A DNA stretch of 64,000 nucleotides from positions 618,815-682,814 of the forward strand of contig CAWBPM010000002.1 of the NCBI GenBank assembly GCA_963790825.1, in the 5' to 3' direction. Made by a program: the position numbers and the translations under genes. Below are positions 1-7,996 of this stretch, piece after piece. Below the pieces are notes generated by a model, which was not told the origin of the DNA, searched no databases, and saw nothing but the letters and a program-made list of their open reading frames with translations. This DNA is from Candidatus Levyibacteriota bacterium (GTDB taxonomy: Bacteria > Patescibacteriota > Microgenomatia > Levybacterales > UBA12049). Position 1 is the stretch's first letter. Each line of letters opens with the position of its first letter.

Positions 1-796
1 GTTTAATTTTCTGTTCAACTATATACTCATGGAATGATTTGAGAAACTCTGATCCATTATCTGTTTGGATTGTATGAATCGGTGTTGGATTATTGCACTG
101 GAACTGCTTAAAAACCTCTCTTGCTGTTACTGAGGAGAGATCCGGTACATATACAACTAAGGCAAATTTTGTGTAAATATCAATCACACACATAAACAAA
201 TGTTTCTCAAAATTGATATAGACAACTACTGAATCCATCTCAATAAATCCAGGAGAAACTACCTTAGGAGACTTTCTCACTCTTAGCTTTTTGAACTTGT
301 TTTTTTGTTTCTGTGGGTAGACTTTCTTCTCAAATGTTAAGTGACGTCTTTTAAGTACTTTCCCAATAGTACTTTCTGCCAAGGTCTTAATACCCAGCTC
401 TTTGGCATACGCATCAACAAAGGGCTTGAGCATACTTTTACCAATATTCCCATGCTCATGCCTCATCTCTCTAATGAACTCAATTATTCTCCAGTCTGTC
501 TCCATCTTTCGCACATGGAGAGGTCTAGTTCCGTGTGGCACTAAACTGATTGTCCTTTTTCCGTTGTGTTCATAAGCATTTCTCCAGTTGTATAAGCTGC
601 TCTTCTTTATTTTGAATGCAGCAAGGGTTGGACGCAGTCCATACTTGTAGTAGTGATTAATCACGTGAAGGCGAAAAGCAGCTACATCGGATACTTCAAC
701 TGCTAATGAATTCTGGAGCATTTTCATCAGTATATGATAGCTCTTTTGTGAGTATTTTGGTCGTAAATGTCTTACTCGTTTAAAATCACTTGGCAT
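1..796 (-). CDS. IS481-like DDE transposase (HTH + rve integrase core); 3' end runs off window start
   Basis: Minus-strand frame from ATG (complement of 794-796) reads MPSDFKRVRHL...VINHYYKYGLRPTLAAFKI...HTIQTDNGSEFLKSFHEYIVEQKIK without stops to position 1. DNGSEF is the integrase-core signature also present in the second transposase at 48442-49515. An in-frame TGA lies just upstream of the ATG. The ORF is absent from the track because it has no stop inside the window. Confidence 0.7.
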   Translation of the reverse strand, partial: MPSDFKRVRHLRPKYSQKSYHILMKMLQNSLAVEVSDVAAFRLHVINHYYKYGLRPTLAAFKIKKSSLYNWRNAYEHNGKRTISLVPHGTRPLHVRKMETDWRIIEFIREMRHEHGNIGKSMLKPFVDAYAKELGIKTLAESTIGKVLKRRHLTFEKKVYPQKQKNKFKKLRVRKSPKVVSPGFIEMDSVVVYINFEKHLFMCVIDIYTKFALVVYVPDLSSVTAREVFKQFQCNNPTPIHTIQTDNGSEFLKSFHEYIVEQKIK

Positions 797-880
797 AGAA
801 TCTTCTTCCTTAAGATTCCAATATGTATCGTGACTTATTCAATCTATTTTTCCCTTTTGTTGTATTTGGAAAATTAGAAA
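1..880 (-). mobile_element. Partial IS element (IS481-like), left part outside window
   Basis: Contains the truncated transposase ORF. The boundaries are not defined because no inverted repeat was identified. Confidence 0.45.
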
Positions 881-910
881 TCGGACGTTGTATTTTTTCC
901 ATACAGAAAT

Positions 911-1528
911 TTATTGATTTTCATGCTCCGACAGACGCATTATCTCCATATGTAAATCTCTAAATTTTTCTGCCAGTTCCAACTGGCTTTTTTTTACTGC
1001 TAACAAAAAATTCTTACCCCAAACACGAACGATCGTATCATCTATTATCGAATATGTTGTGCCATACGCGCCATAAACCCTATCTGGACTTGCCAGTGCC
1101 TCCTCATATACTCGGGCGGATTTTCCTTTCGGCGTTATTGTCGGTTTCAAATGTTCAATCGTGAGTCTTCCAATAGCTTTTCCCCGCAGACTTTCAAGAT
1201 ATCTGAAAAAATCCTGCCGTTTGGACTCATCTGCAATTAATTCAACCTCTCTAACTAATTTACTCTCAATGCTCGCCCCGATATATGCACGTGCTTTTGG
1301 TAATGTCCCGTCAGTTTCCCATACTTTAAGTCCAAAAACTCTTTCCGACAATGCTTTCTTCTCAGATGGAACAGAAAAAAGCTCAGACAAACGGATTTGG
1401 TCACCAGCTAGTTTCTGTGTCAACTCACTACCGAAACCAAACAAAGACATATCCGCAACCGTCAATACATCCCGTTTACGTCGTTCTTCCTCAGAAGAAG
1501 ACCGTGATTGCCCATCTTCTTTAATCAT
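911..1528 (-). CDS. hypothetical protein (205 aa), no recognisable motif
   Basis: ORF track only. Sits directly next to the IS element and is preceded by a 26-bp perfect palindrome. Confidence 0.5.
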   Translation of the reverse strand: MIKEDGQSRSSSEEERRKRDVLTVADMSLFGFGSELTQKLAGDQIRLSELFSVPSEKKALSERVFGLKVWETDGTLPKARAYIGASIESKLVREVELIADESKRQDFFRYLESLRGKAIGRLTIEHLKPTITPKGKSARVYEEALASPDRVYGAYGTTYSIIDDTIVRVWGKNFLLAVKKSQLELAEKFRDLHMEIMRLSEHENQ

Positions 1529-1644
1529 ATTCCTCCCAATAAAACAGTTAATTTACTAAATCCTTCTTTTATGGATTGTAATTTCTGACCGGTAAAAATT
1601 TTCATATCATTCATTTTACAAAGAGATTCCGGAATACGCAACTT

Positions 1645-1670
1645 AATGTTAATTAACGTTAATTAACATT
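1645..1670. promoter_or_regulatory. 26-bp perfect palindrome AATGTTAATTAACGTTAATTAACATT (candidate operator)
   Basis: The sequence is its own reverse complement. It lies in the 160-nt gap between the stop of the 1690-2214 ORF and the start of the 911-1528 ORF. Confidence 0.5.
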
Positions 1671-1689
1671 AGGTTTTCTTAAAGTTTTC

Positions 1690-2214
1690 TTACTTATCCG
1701 GTTCGGGGAAATTTGTCTCTAAATAAGCAAATACCTTTGCGGATCGTTTACGAATTATATTAATAGCCGGCTCAACCATAGCTAAGTTTGGAAAAGATTT
1801 TGGGTTATGTGCTAAAAGATTCTCACGAATAGTTATATCATCTGCCCGCATAATTTCCGGTACAGAATGTTCTCCATATCTATACTTCATATCCCGAGGG
1901 AGAATATAAACATACAACAGATCGGGATTGACTCGTCCACGCAGTGTATGAAGCCTTCTTCCGACATAATTTCCCACCTGTCGCCTTATTTGATTTCTTT
2001 GCTCAACATCTAACGACTGTAATGCTTCTAATTCCCAATCATTATATCCTATGAATTCTGTCAACGTAATGCTTTTATTTGCATAAATAGCAGCAATTTC
2101 GTCTGAGACACCCACCTTTATGTATTGGTCTCGAGTCCGTTCAAAAGACGATTCTTTTGCTACAAAACGAGGAAATTGTTCAGAAAATAATCCCATATCG
2201 TTATTATAGGACAA
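1690..2214 (-). CDS. hypothetical protein (174 aa)
   Basis: ORF track; no family recognised. Confidence 0.5.
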   Translation of the reverse strand: MSYNNDMGLFSEQFPRFVAKESSFERTRDQYIKVGVSDEIAAIYANKSITLTEFIGYNDWELEALQSLDVEQRNQIRRQVGNYVGRRLHTLRGRVNPDLLYVYILPRDMKYRYGEHSVPEIMRADDITIRENLLAHNPKSFPNLAMVEPAINIIRKRSAKVFAYLETNFPEPDK

Positions 2215-2242
2215 TTAGTTGACAATTACAAGTTATGCATGC

Positions 2243-2536
2243 TTATTTTCCTCCTCCGAGCAGTCCGCCTAATCCTCCGAGACCTCCGGTCATTGACTGG
2301 AGTTTCTTGGCTGCTACTTCCTGGGACTTTTTAATCGCTTCATTGACTGCATCTTTAATATTGTCATCAGACTTTCCGTTAGTTTTTATATTTTTTATTT
2401 TCTGATCCCCAGATATTTCAATGTGAACACCTGATTTTTCGACAATAATCGTCTCTGCCTGCAGTTGGCGCTGGATTTGCATTGCCTGATCCCGCATTTT
2501 TCTTAATTCTCCGATTTGTCCAAAAGGATTCATCAT
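2243..2536 (-). CDS. ybaB: YbaB/EbfC family nucleoid-associated protein
   Basis: 97 aa. N-terminal MMNPFGQ...MQ, a central KIK helix region and a Gly-rich GGLGGLGGLLGGG tail are typical of YbaB. It is immediately downstream of dnaX, which is the conserved dnaX-ybaB(-recR) order. Confidence 0.85.
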   Translation of the reverse strand: MMNPFGQIGELRKMRDQAMQIQRQLQAETIIVEKSGVHIEISGDQKIKNIKTNGKSDDNIKDAVNEAIKKSQEVAAKKLQSMTGGLGGLGGLLGGGK

Positions 2537-2616
2537 AATCTATTCACCGCCTTTCTAAAAAGTATTATATATACAGACAAAATAAAAAATTTTTATACTT
2601 AATACATAATACAATA

Positions 2617-4305
2617 CTATTTTTGTTTTAATACAATTGACACTCCGATCGGTGTTCCTGTCAGTTCTTTACATATTTTTTGTAATACTTCCATAGTTTG
2701 CGTGTGACTGAGACGTTCTTTATGAAACTGATATGAGGTTTCAATAATAAGATCTTTTCTATCAAAGCTTTTTATGCTGCAGCCTCTCAGCACTCCGGCG
2801 GTAGTATGATTATGACCCTTCATCGAGTTAATAATGCATTTCCAAAATAGAGTAAGCCATTCCGGTGTAATTTCCCCTTCAGCAGAGTAGTTAAGTAGAT
2901 TGACTGACGCGATATCTACGATGCCGTCTCCATCCGTTTTTTGCTCGATTTCTCCGTAAAGGGCTTTGATTTTGGCAATATTGTTTACCTTTTTACGAAG
3001 TATCGCAACTGATACGTCATTTTCTCCGGAAGTTTTAGTAGCAGTTTTTTCATCTTTTTCCGAAGCAATCACGCTAATCTTTTTTTCATCTTTTTTTTCG
3101 CCTTCTATTTTTTCAAAAGCTTTACACCAGTCAATCAGCGCAATCTCAAGTGGCAATTGCAAAATCGGGGAATTTTTCATATCATTAGAAGCGAAACTGA
3201 AAAGACGAATGAGCTGTTTTATTTCCTCAATACCAAGCTTTATTTCATCTTTTTCAGTTTTTTCATCGGTTGTCACACCAACTTTTTGCAAGATTAGTAG
3301 ATGAAGTTCCTCCACCAATTCACCGGTAAAATATTTCATATCCATACCCTGGCTCACAAGTGTCTCAATCAGCTTTAGTCCTTCTGTTAACTTCCGCTTT
3401 TCAAGTATCCGAAGCATTGCGCTTAAATGAGATGCTATACCTATGATTTGATAGGTTTTATCTATAAATTCTTTTGTAATTTTCTTTCCGTTAGAAAGCG
3501 CCGTAACCTCTTCAAGGAGCTTTGTCGCATCACGAAATCCACCATCTCCCAGGTGAGCAATTTCCAATAATGCTTCTTCATCGATCTCGATTTTTTCCCC
3601 TTTTATAATCCGTTTCAAGGAACGGACGAGTTCCTGATCCGTCGCTTTCGTGAAAACAATCGTGAAACAACGGGAAAGAATCGTTGGAGGAACCTTATGC
3701 TGCTCTGTGGTGCAAAGAATAAACATTGCATGCTGGGGCGGCTCCTCAAGCGTTTTCAGAAGTGCGTTAAATGCTTCACTTGTTAACATGTGCACCTCGT
3801 CAATAATATATATCTTCTTTTTTGCCGAGATTGGAGATAAACGAATTTTATCTTTTAAGTCGCGTATTTCGTCAATTCCGCGGTTAGAAGCTGCGTCAAT
3901 TTCCAAAACGTCCAGGTTCGTGCCATTGGTGATCGAGACACATTGTATACACTTATTGCATGGTTCGATTTGATAAATTTCTTTATCTTCTAATTTTTGA
4001 TTTTTTATCTGTGTTTTTGACTTTTGATCCTTAACTTTTGACCTCCCTACACAATTAACAACCTTGGCAATGATTCGCGCTGAAGAAGTTTTCCCGAGTC
4101 CCTTGGGACCGGCAAAAAGAAACGCGTGGGGGACGGAATCCCACTCAGTGGGATGAGTCCGCCTGTCTTTCGACCCTGAGTTCAAGACCGAAGGGCCTGG
4201 CAGGGGTGGGGGATTTTTGGCTAGGACTGAAAAAAGCGTCTCCCGAACGTGCTTATTATCCAGTTCCTCAATTGTTTGGCCTCGATATTTTCTGTAGAAA
4301 ACCAT
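2617..4305 (-). CDS. dnaX: DNA polymerase III subunit tau/gamma
   Basis: P-loop GPKGLGKTS, Zn-module Cys cluster (CNKCIQC), DEVHML Walker B, LKTLEEPP, sensor SRC, and a C-terminal tau-specific region. Carries the conserved -1 frameshift heptamer (see separate feature). Confidence 0.9.
   Translation of the reverse strand: MVFYRKYRGQTIEELDNKHVRETLFSVLAKNPPPLPGPSVLNSGSKDRRTHPTEWDSVPHAFLFAGPKGLGKTSSARIIAKVVNCVGRSKVKDQKSKTQIKNQKLEDKEIYQIEPCNKCIQCVSITNGTNLDVLEIDAASNRGIDEIRDLKDKIRLSPISAKKKIYIIDEVHMLTSEAFNALLKTLEEPPQHAMFILCTTEQHKVPPTILSRCFTIVFTKATDQELVRSLKRIIKGEKIEIDEEALLEIAHLGDGGFRDATKLLEEVTALSNGKKITKEFIDKTYQIIGIASHLSAMLRILEKRKLTEGLKLIETLVSQGMDMKYFTGELVEELHLLILQKVGVTTDEKTEKDEIKLGIEEIKQLIRLFSFASNDMKNSPILQLPLEIALIDWCKAFEKIEGEKKDEKKISVIASEKDEKTATKTSGENDVSVAILRKKVNNIAKIKALYGEIEQKTDGDGIVDIASVNLLNYSAEGEITPEWLTLFWKCIINSMKGHNHTTAGVLRGCSIKSFDRKDLIIETSYQFHKERLSHTQTMEVLQKICKELTGTPIGVSIVLKQK
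3079..3099 (-). other. dnaX programmed -1 ribosomal frameshift signal: tandem slippery heptamers A_AAA_AAA and A_AAA_AAG
   Basis: The coding strand reads GGC GAA AAA AAA GAT GAA AAA AAG ATT AGC (codons 402-411). A -1 shift at the first site gives AGA TGA. A -1 shift at the second gives GAU UAG. Both terminate within 2 codons, which would produce a gamma-like product of about 405-410 aa, as in E. coli dnaX (A AAA AAG). Confidence 0.6.
4128..4215 (-). other. GC-rich, hairpin-forming in-frame insertion in the dnaX N-terminus (encodes PPPLPGPSVLNSGSKDRRTHPTEWDSVP)
   Basis: About 88 nt of markedly higher GC than the flanking sequence, inserted between the conserved LAKN and HAFLFAGPKGLGKTS segments. 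Contains a perfect ATCCCAC-TCA-GTGGGAT hairpin and G-runs. There is no counterpart in canonical DnaX. Confidence 0.5.
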
Positions 4306-4315
4306 AAAAAAAATT

Positions 4316-4376
4316 AGAATCTAGAATTATAAATTCTAAACTAATTATGAATTCTGAATTTTGAATTCTAGATTCT
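4316..4376. repeat. TRAATTY heptamer / inverted-repeat element (AGAATCTAGAATT ... AATTCTAGATTCT, 13-bp perfect IR with 35-nt spacer containing TGAATTC TGAATTT TGAATTC)
   Basis: Lies between the ybeY stop and the dnaX start. Related elements are at 5903-5999, 7556-7700, 30183-30300 and 50790-50850. Confidence 0.7.
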
Positions 4377-4761
4377 ACTCGTGGTGCATGCCCAGTAAAT
4401 GTAATAATCCATGTTTTACCAGCTCATCAATTTTATCGTCAACCAACACTTCTTCCGCCGCAGCCTCCCTGATTATTTGCGGATATGCCAAAACAATATC
4501 CCCTAACCTGGTAATACCCTCCGGAAGTATTGCTTCTCCGCCTTCGTTAATTGGAAATGATAAAACGTTTGTTGTTTTATCTTTATCTCGGTATTTTTTG
4601 TTCAAAGATCGCATTTTCCTATCTCCCACAATTGCCACGGATACTTCAGTGGGACTACTAATATTATTTTCTCCAATTATTTCCTGAACAGCTTGTTTTA
4701 TCCGTTTTCTATTTACGCTATACCGACTTTCAACAAAGATAAGAACACGAATACTGCTCAT
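4375..4761 (-). CDS. ybeY: rRNA maturation endoribonuclease YbeY
   Basis: 128 aa with a C-terminal HGLLHLLGMHHE metal-binding motif (H..H.....H) typical of YbeY/UPF0054. Confidence 0.85.
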   Translation of the reverse strand: MSSIRVLIFVESRYSVNRKRIKQAVQEIIGENNISSPTEVSVAIVGDRKMRSLNKKYRDKDKTTNVLSFPINEGGEAILPEGITRLGDIVLAYPQIIREAAAEEVLVDDKIDELVKHGLLHLLGMHHE

Positions 4762-4762
4762 A

Positions 4763-4957
4763 TTACATTGCTCTCCGTCTCATTTTGCGGGCTTCTTGCT
4801 CTTCAAGCTTTCTTCTCTCCTGTTTATTAAGGTGAAATTGCCGCCTTCTGATCTCAGGAATAATCCCCGCGTCAGTTACTTTGCGTGAGAAGAGTTTAAT
4901 CAGCTGATCTTCGCTTTGTCCCGGTTGTCGTTTTACTTTAACCATATACAAAAACAC
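4763..4957 (-). CDS. rpsU: 30S ribosomal protein S21
   Basis: 64 aa, very basic. VKVK...LIKLFSRKV..GIIPEIRRRQFHLNKQERRK matches the S21 pattern (VKV..E..LRRFKR..G...E.RRR.Y.KPS). A GGAAGGGGG Shine-Dalgarno lies upstream. Confidence 0.8.
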   Translation of the reverse strand: MFLYMVKVKRQPGQSEDQLIKLFSRKVTDAGIIPEIRRRQFHLNKQERRKLEEQEARKMRRRAM

Positions 4958-5083
4958 CCCCTTCCAAAAGGTACTCGCCTTCTATTTTACCTCAAATCGA
5001 CAGCGGTGTAAACAGGAGAGGCTGGAATTGGTTTTAGAAGTTTCACTGCAAATTCTGCTAGATCTTTTTTAGATCCTAACTAA

Positions 5084-5494
5084 TTATCTTTGTTGACTAA
5101 GAGATTTCTGTGGAGATTGTGTAAAGGCTCTTAGCCATTCCTCTTCACTAGTCTTTTCTATAAGAGCTTCTGTTGCCATTGAAATCCTGGAGACAGTTCC
5201 TGCTAGTTTCTCGAAATCATTGGTTTGTAATTGTTTCAGGTTTGGTTCTCCATGAAGAAGAGCCATAAAGCAGTTCATTGGGGTAGGTCGGGTTCCCCCT
5301 CTAGCATTGAATCTTTCTTCGTAAGAAGAGCCATAGAGACATGCTCCATATACCATAAAACTTATTGGTGTACGAACGCCTAACTCAGCCAACACGACGT
5401 TATCACTTGATAGTTGTGCATTGATTTCATTAGGAGACATAGCATTTACTCTTTCCTCAAAAGTAAGCACTCTGAATTGATCTCGCTCTGCCAT
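5084..5494 (-). CDS. hypothetical protein (136 aa)
   Basis: ORF track; no motif recognised. Confidence 0.45.
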   Translation of the reverse strand: MAERDQFRVLTFEERVNAMSPNEINAQLSSDNVVLAELGVRTPISFMVYGACLYGSSYEERFNARGGTRPTPMNCFMALLHGEPNLKQLQTNDFEKLAGTVSRISMATEALIEKTSEEEWLRAFTQSPQKSLSQQR

Positions 5495-5572
5495 ACTTCA
5501 AGAGTATATCAAAAACATAATTAGGTTGCAAACTCAGCGCAATTTATGATTACGATAATATATATAAAGGAT

Positions 5573-5902
5573 TTATACTCCACCAGCGACTCCGCGCATG
5601 GGGCCTAGAAGGTGAATGTGCAGATGGTCAACGTCTTGATGTCCTCCGCCATTAATCACTATTTTATATCCCTTATCCTTTAAGTCAGCCTTATCAACCA
5701 TTTTCTGGACGACATGAAGCAGCTTCTTCCAAAGTATCTGGTCTTCAAGAACTACAAACTCCGGAATATGTTTTTTCGGCATAATTAACCAGTGGATAGG
5801 CTTGACGGGATGGATATTGGGGAAAACCACAATATCTTCGTCCTCAAAGATGAATTTCGCAGGAATTTTCCCTTCTTTAATTTTGCAAAAAATACAATTC
5901 AT
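5573..5902 (-). CDS. HIT family (histidine triad) nucleotide hydrolase
   Basis: 109 aa with the HxHxHxx motif HLHIHLL near the C-terminus and an N-terminal CIFCKI typical of HINT proteins. Confidence 0.85.
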   Translation of the reverse strand: MNCIFCKIKEGKIPAKFIFEDEDIVVFPNIHPVKPIHWLIMPKKHIPEFVVLEDQILWKKLLHVVQKMVDKADLKDKGYKIVINGGGHQDVDHLHIHLLGPMRGVAGGV

Positions 5903-5999
5903 AAAAGAATTTAAAAATTATAATTCAAAATTCAGAATTAAGTATATAATTTTCAAATTCTAAATTCAATTCTGAAATATAAATTCTTAATTCTAAATT
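5903..5999. repeat. TRAATTY heptamer / inverted-repeat element (AAATTCAGAATT ... AATTCTGAAAT arms)
   Basis: An AT-rich intergenic sequence built of AATTCAA/AATTCAG/AATTCTA units with about 10-bp inverted arms and a 38-nt spacer. Confidence 0.6.
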
Positions 6000-6892
6000 T
6001 TTTCAAGCACTTTTATAAGTTCTTCCAGGCTTAGTTTCGTCGGCACCATTTTCGGGTTTTTTGGTGTTCCGTTTAACAGCATTTTTTTGCTGACATGCAG
6101 GTACCAGCTAGCATCCGGATCAATTTTTTTCAATTTTTCATAGGCTAATGTTAAATCCAGATTGTCTTTTTCAGGATTTTCTGCCGGACGAAGTTTAATC
6201 CGCACATAGCTTTTTCTCGGATCTTTCCTAATAACCAGATTATATCCCATTTTTTGTGAAAGCTTCAGAACCGAATCGTTAATCGTTTTAAAGCCGATTG
6301 CTTTCCCCCATCTGGTTTGAAAAAGAATACCGTTACCGTCTATTTCCCGTTCTGCCCAAATTCTATTTTCAAATTCATGAACTACACTGTCCAGACAAAC
6401 TTTGCCAAACTCCACATAATATTCATCTTCATCCGGCTTTGCCAGTTTCAACCCTTCCAAAACACCGATAAGTGAAAATTCCTGGTAATCGGCAGTCGGG
6501 TTGTTCCAAAATATTTCGCGAAAATGATCAATCTCCACGACTATCTTGATTACTCTATCTATCGCTTTCATATGTTCAGCTCTTAGTACGTCGCCACTTT
6601 TCGTGATTTCTTCTCTTATATAGTCCCAGGTCCTGCTCGCCCCACAAATCGTCAGGTCCGATGTTTCGTGGTGATCGAGTGGTCCCATTCCCGTATCAAC
6701 ATGCACAATCTCGTCTTTGCCGACTTTTTGCATAATATCGCCCATGTCAAGCCCTTTTACCCGCTCAGATCTAAGTCCTGCTGCAACAAATTCCACCGCA
6801 GCGTTCTCCCATCCGCTAAGATATTTTTTAATGAGCCACACAGATGTTATCGCGTCCCAATCAGGCGACGTGTGAGTAACAATAATTTTCAT
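5993..6892 (-). CDS. DHH family phosphoesterase (NrnA-like nanoRNase / pAp phosphatase)
   Basis: N-terminal IVTHTSPDWDAITS (motif I DxD), HVDTG, and GPLDHHE (DHH motif), followed by a DHHA1-like C-terminal half. Confidence 0.75.
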   Translation of the reverse strand: MKIIVTHTSPDWDAITSVWLIKKYLSGWENAAVEFVAAGLRSERVKGLDMGDIMQKVGKDEIVHVDTGMGPLDHHETSDLTICGASRTWDYIREEITKSGDVLRAEHMKAIDRVIKIVVEIDHFREIFWNNPTADYQEFSLIGVLEGLKLAKPDEDEYYVEFGKVCLDSVVHEFENRIWAEREIDGNGILFQTRWGKAIGFKTINDSVLKLSQKMGYNLVIRKDPRKSYVRIKLRPAENPEKDNLDLTLAYEKLKKIDPDASWYLHVSKKMLLNGTPKNPKMVPTKLSLEELIKVLEKI

Positions 6893-6993
6893 ACTAAAAA
6901 TAGAGTATAGAGTGTTTTTCCTCTGAATTCAATGAGCGAGAGATAATACTTGACAAATTATCAAGAATTACCGATCATAGATAATGAGAGCTT

Positions 6994-7494
6994 ATGGATC
7001 CGAAAGCATTTTCTCATCTTGATCCGAAATTAAAAGCAGCTTATGACCGCGTGATGAATACGGCAACCAAGCCAGCCTCGCCGAGCTTAGACGGACCTGC
7101 TTTGGCTCAACCTTCCACCTTTACATCACAGCCTCCTGTCAATCAGTCGCCACTCGTACCTGGAAACCAAACCCCACCTCCGGCTTTCACTCCTCCTCAA
7201 AATTCTGCTTTTTCTGCTTCTTCTCCTTTTCCTCAGGCAACACAGCCGTCTGTATCTCCTCTAACCTACCAGGTTAACGAAATACCGCAAGCCGAAAAAA
7301 CACTAAGTGCGTTGGCCCAAAGAATGTCTCAGGGCGGTCAAGTTCCCAGCAACAGTCACACTATATCTACTGCAGCAAGACATCAACAAGCTTCAAAAAC
7401 TTTACCGTTTCTGCTTATAGGTGCAGGAGCAGTTTTTCTTATCGCTTATGTCATTTTCTGGATGAAATTTTTCAATCTCCCCCTGCCATTTTAG
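6994..7494 (+). CDS. hypothetical Pro/Ser/Thr/Gln-rich protein with C-terminal transmembrane anchor
   Basis: Low-complexity PxxP-rich central region with a single C-terminal hydrophobic helix (LPFLLIGAGAVFLIAYVIFWM). Possible TTGACA -35 at 6950-6955. Confidence 0.5.
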   Translation: MDPKAFSHLDPKLKAAYDRVMNTATKPASPSLDGPALAQPSTFTSQPPVNQSPLVPGNQTPPPAFTPPQNSAFSASSPFPQATQPSVSPLTYQVNEIPQAEKTLSALAQRMSQGGQVPSNSHTISTAARHQQASKTLPFLLIGAGAVFLIAYVIFWMKFFNLPLPF

Positions 7495-7555
7495 CCAGCA
7501 AATTACCCTTATTATAGTTCATTAGTCGAGTAGGATCAAATGATTTCAAAATCCA

Positions 7556-7700
7556 GACAGATAAATCCTAAATACTAAGTTCTAAATCCTAAATAAATCC
7601 AAATGTTCAAAATCTTAATTTTAAAACAGTTTTGTATTTTTTTATTTGAATTTTAAAATTATTTAGAATTTAGTGCTTAAGGTTTAGAATTTTTCAGACA
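7556..7700. repeat. AT-rich intergenic repeat cluster (AAATCCTAAATA x2, TTTAGAATTT x3) between convergent genes
   Basis: Direct inspection of the 250-nt gap between 7494 and 7745. Confidence 0.5.
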
Positions 7701-7744
7701 GACGTTGAAATGCTTTTCTGCGCGGGCATGACAGAATGGAACTA

Positions 7745-7972
7745 TTAAACTTCTCCAACGTAGTCAAACCGGGGAACTTGCTTTCCATTCAAAATAACTT
7801 TTTCAGTGAACATTTTAAGAGGTCTTACCCATAATTTACTTAAAGGATTATCATAAAGTGCTTCATATACCACCAAATCTTCCAGGGTTTCGCTATGCTT
7901 TGCTATACCAATCACTCGATATAACTTACCTGTTTTTGTATGTTTGTACATTCCTAGTTTCAGTTTACTCAT
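7745..7972 (-). CDS. DUF1653 domain protein
   Basis: 75 aa. YKHTKTGKLYRVIGIAKHSETLEDLVVYEALYDNPLSKLWVRPLKMF matches the DUF1653 pattern (YRHYKG..Y.V....HTE..E..VVY.....LWVRP..MF). Confidence 0.7.
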   Translation of the reverse strand: MSKLKLGMYKHTKTGKLYRVIGIAKHSETLEDLVVYEALYDNPLSKLWVRPLKMFTEKVILNGKQVPRFDYVGEV

Positions 7973-7996
7973 AAAGCAGGATATTTATTTTATATT

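Noticed and set aside
2966-3973. Plus-strand ORFs inside dnaX (2966-3304, 3650-3973)
   Set aside because: Low-complexity products antisense to a clearly conserved gene.
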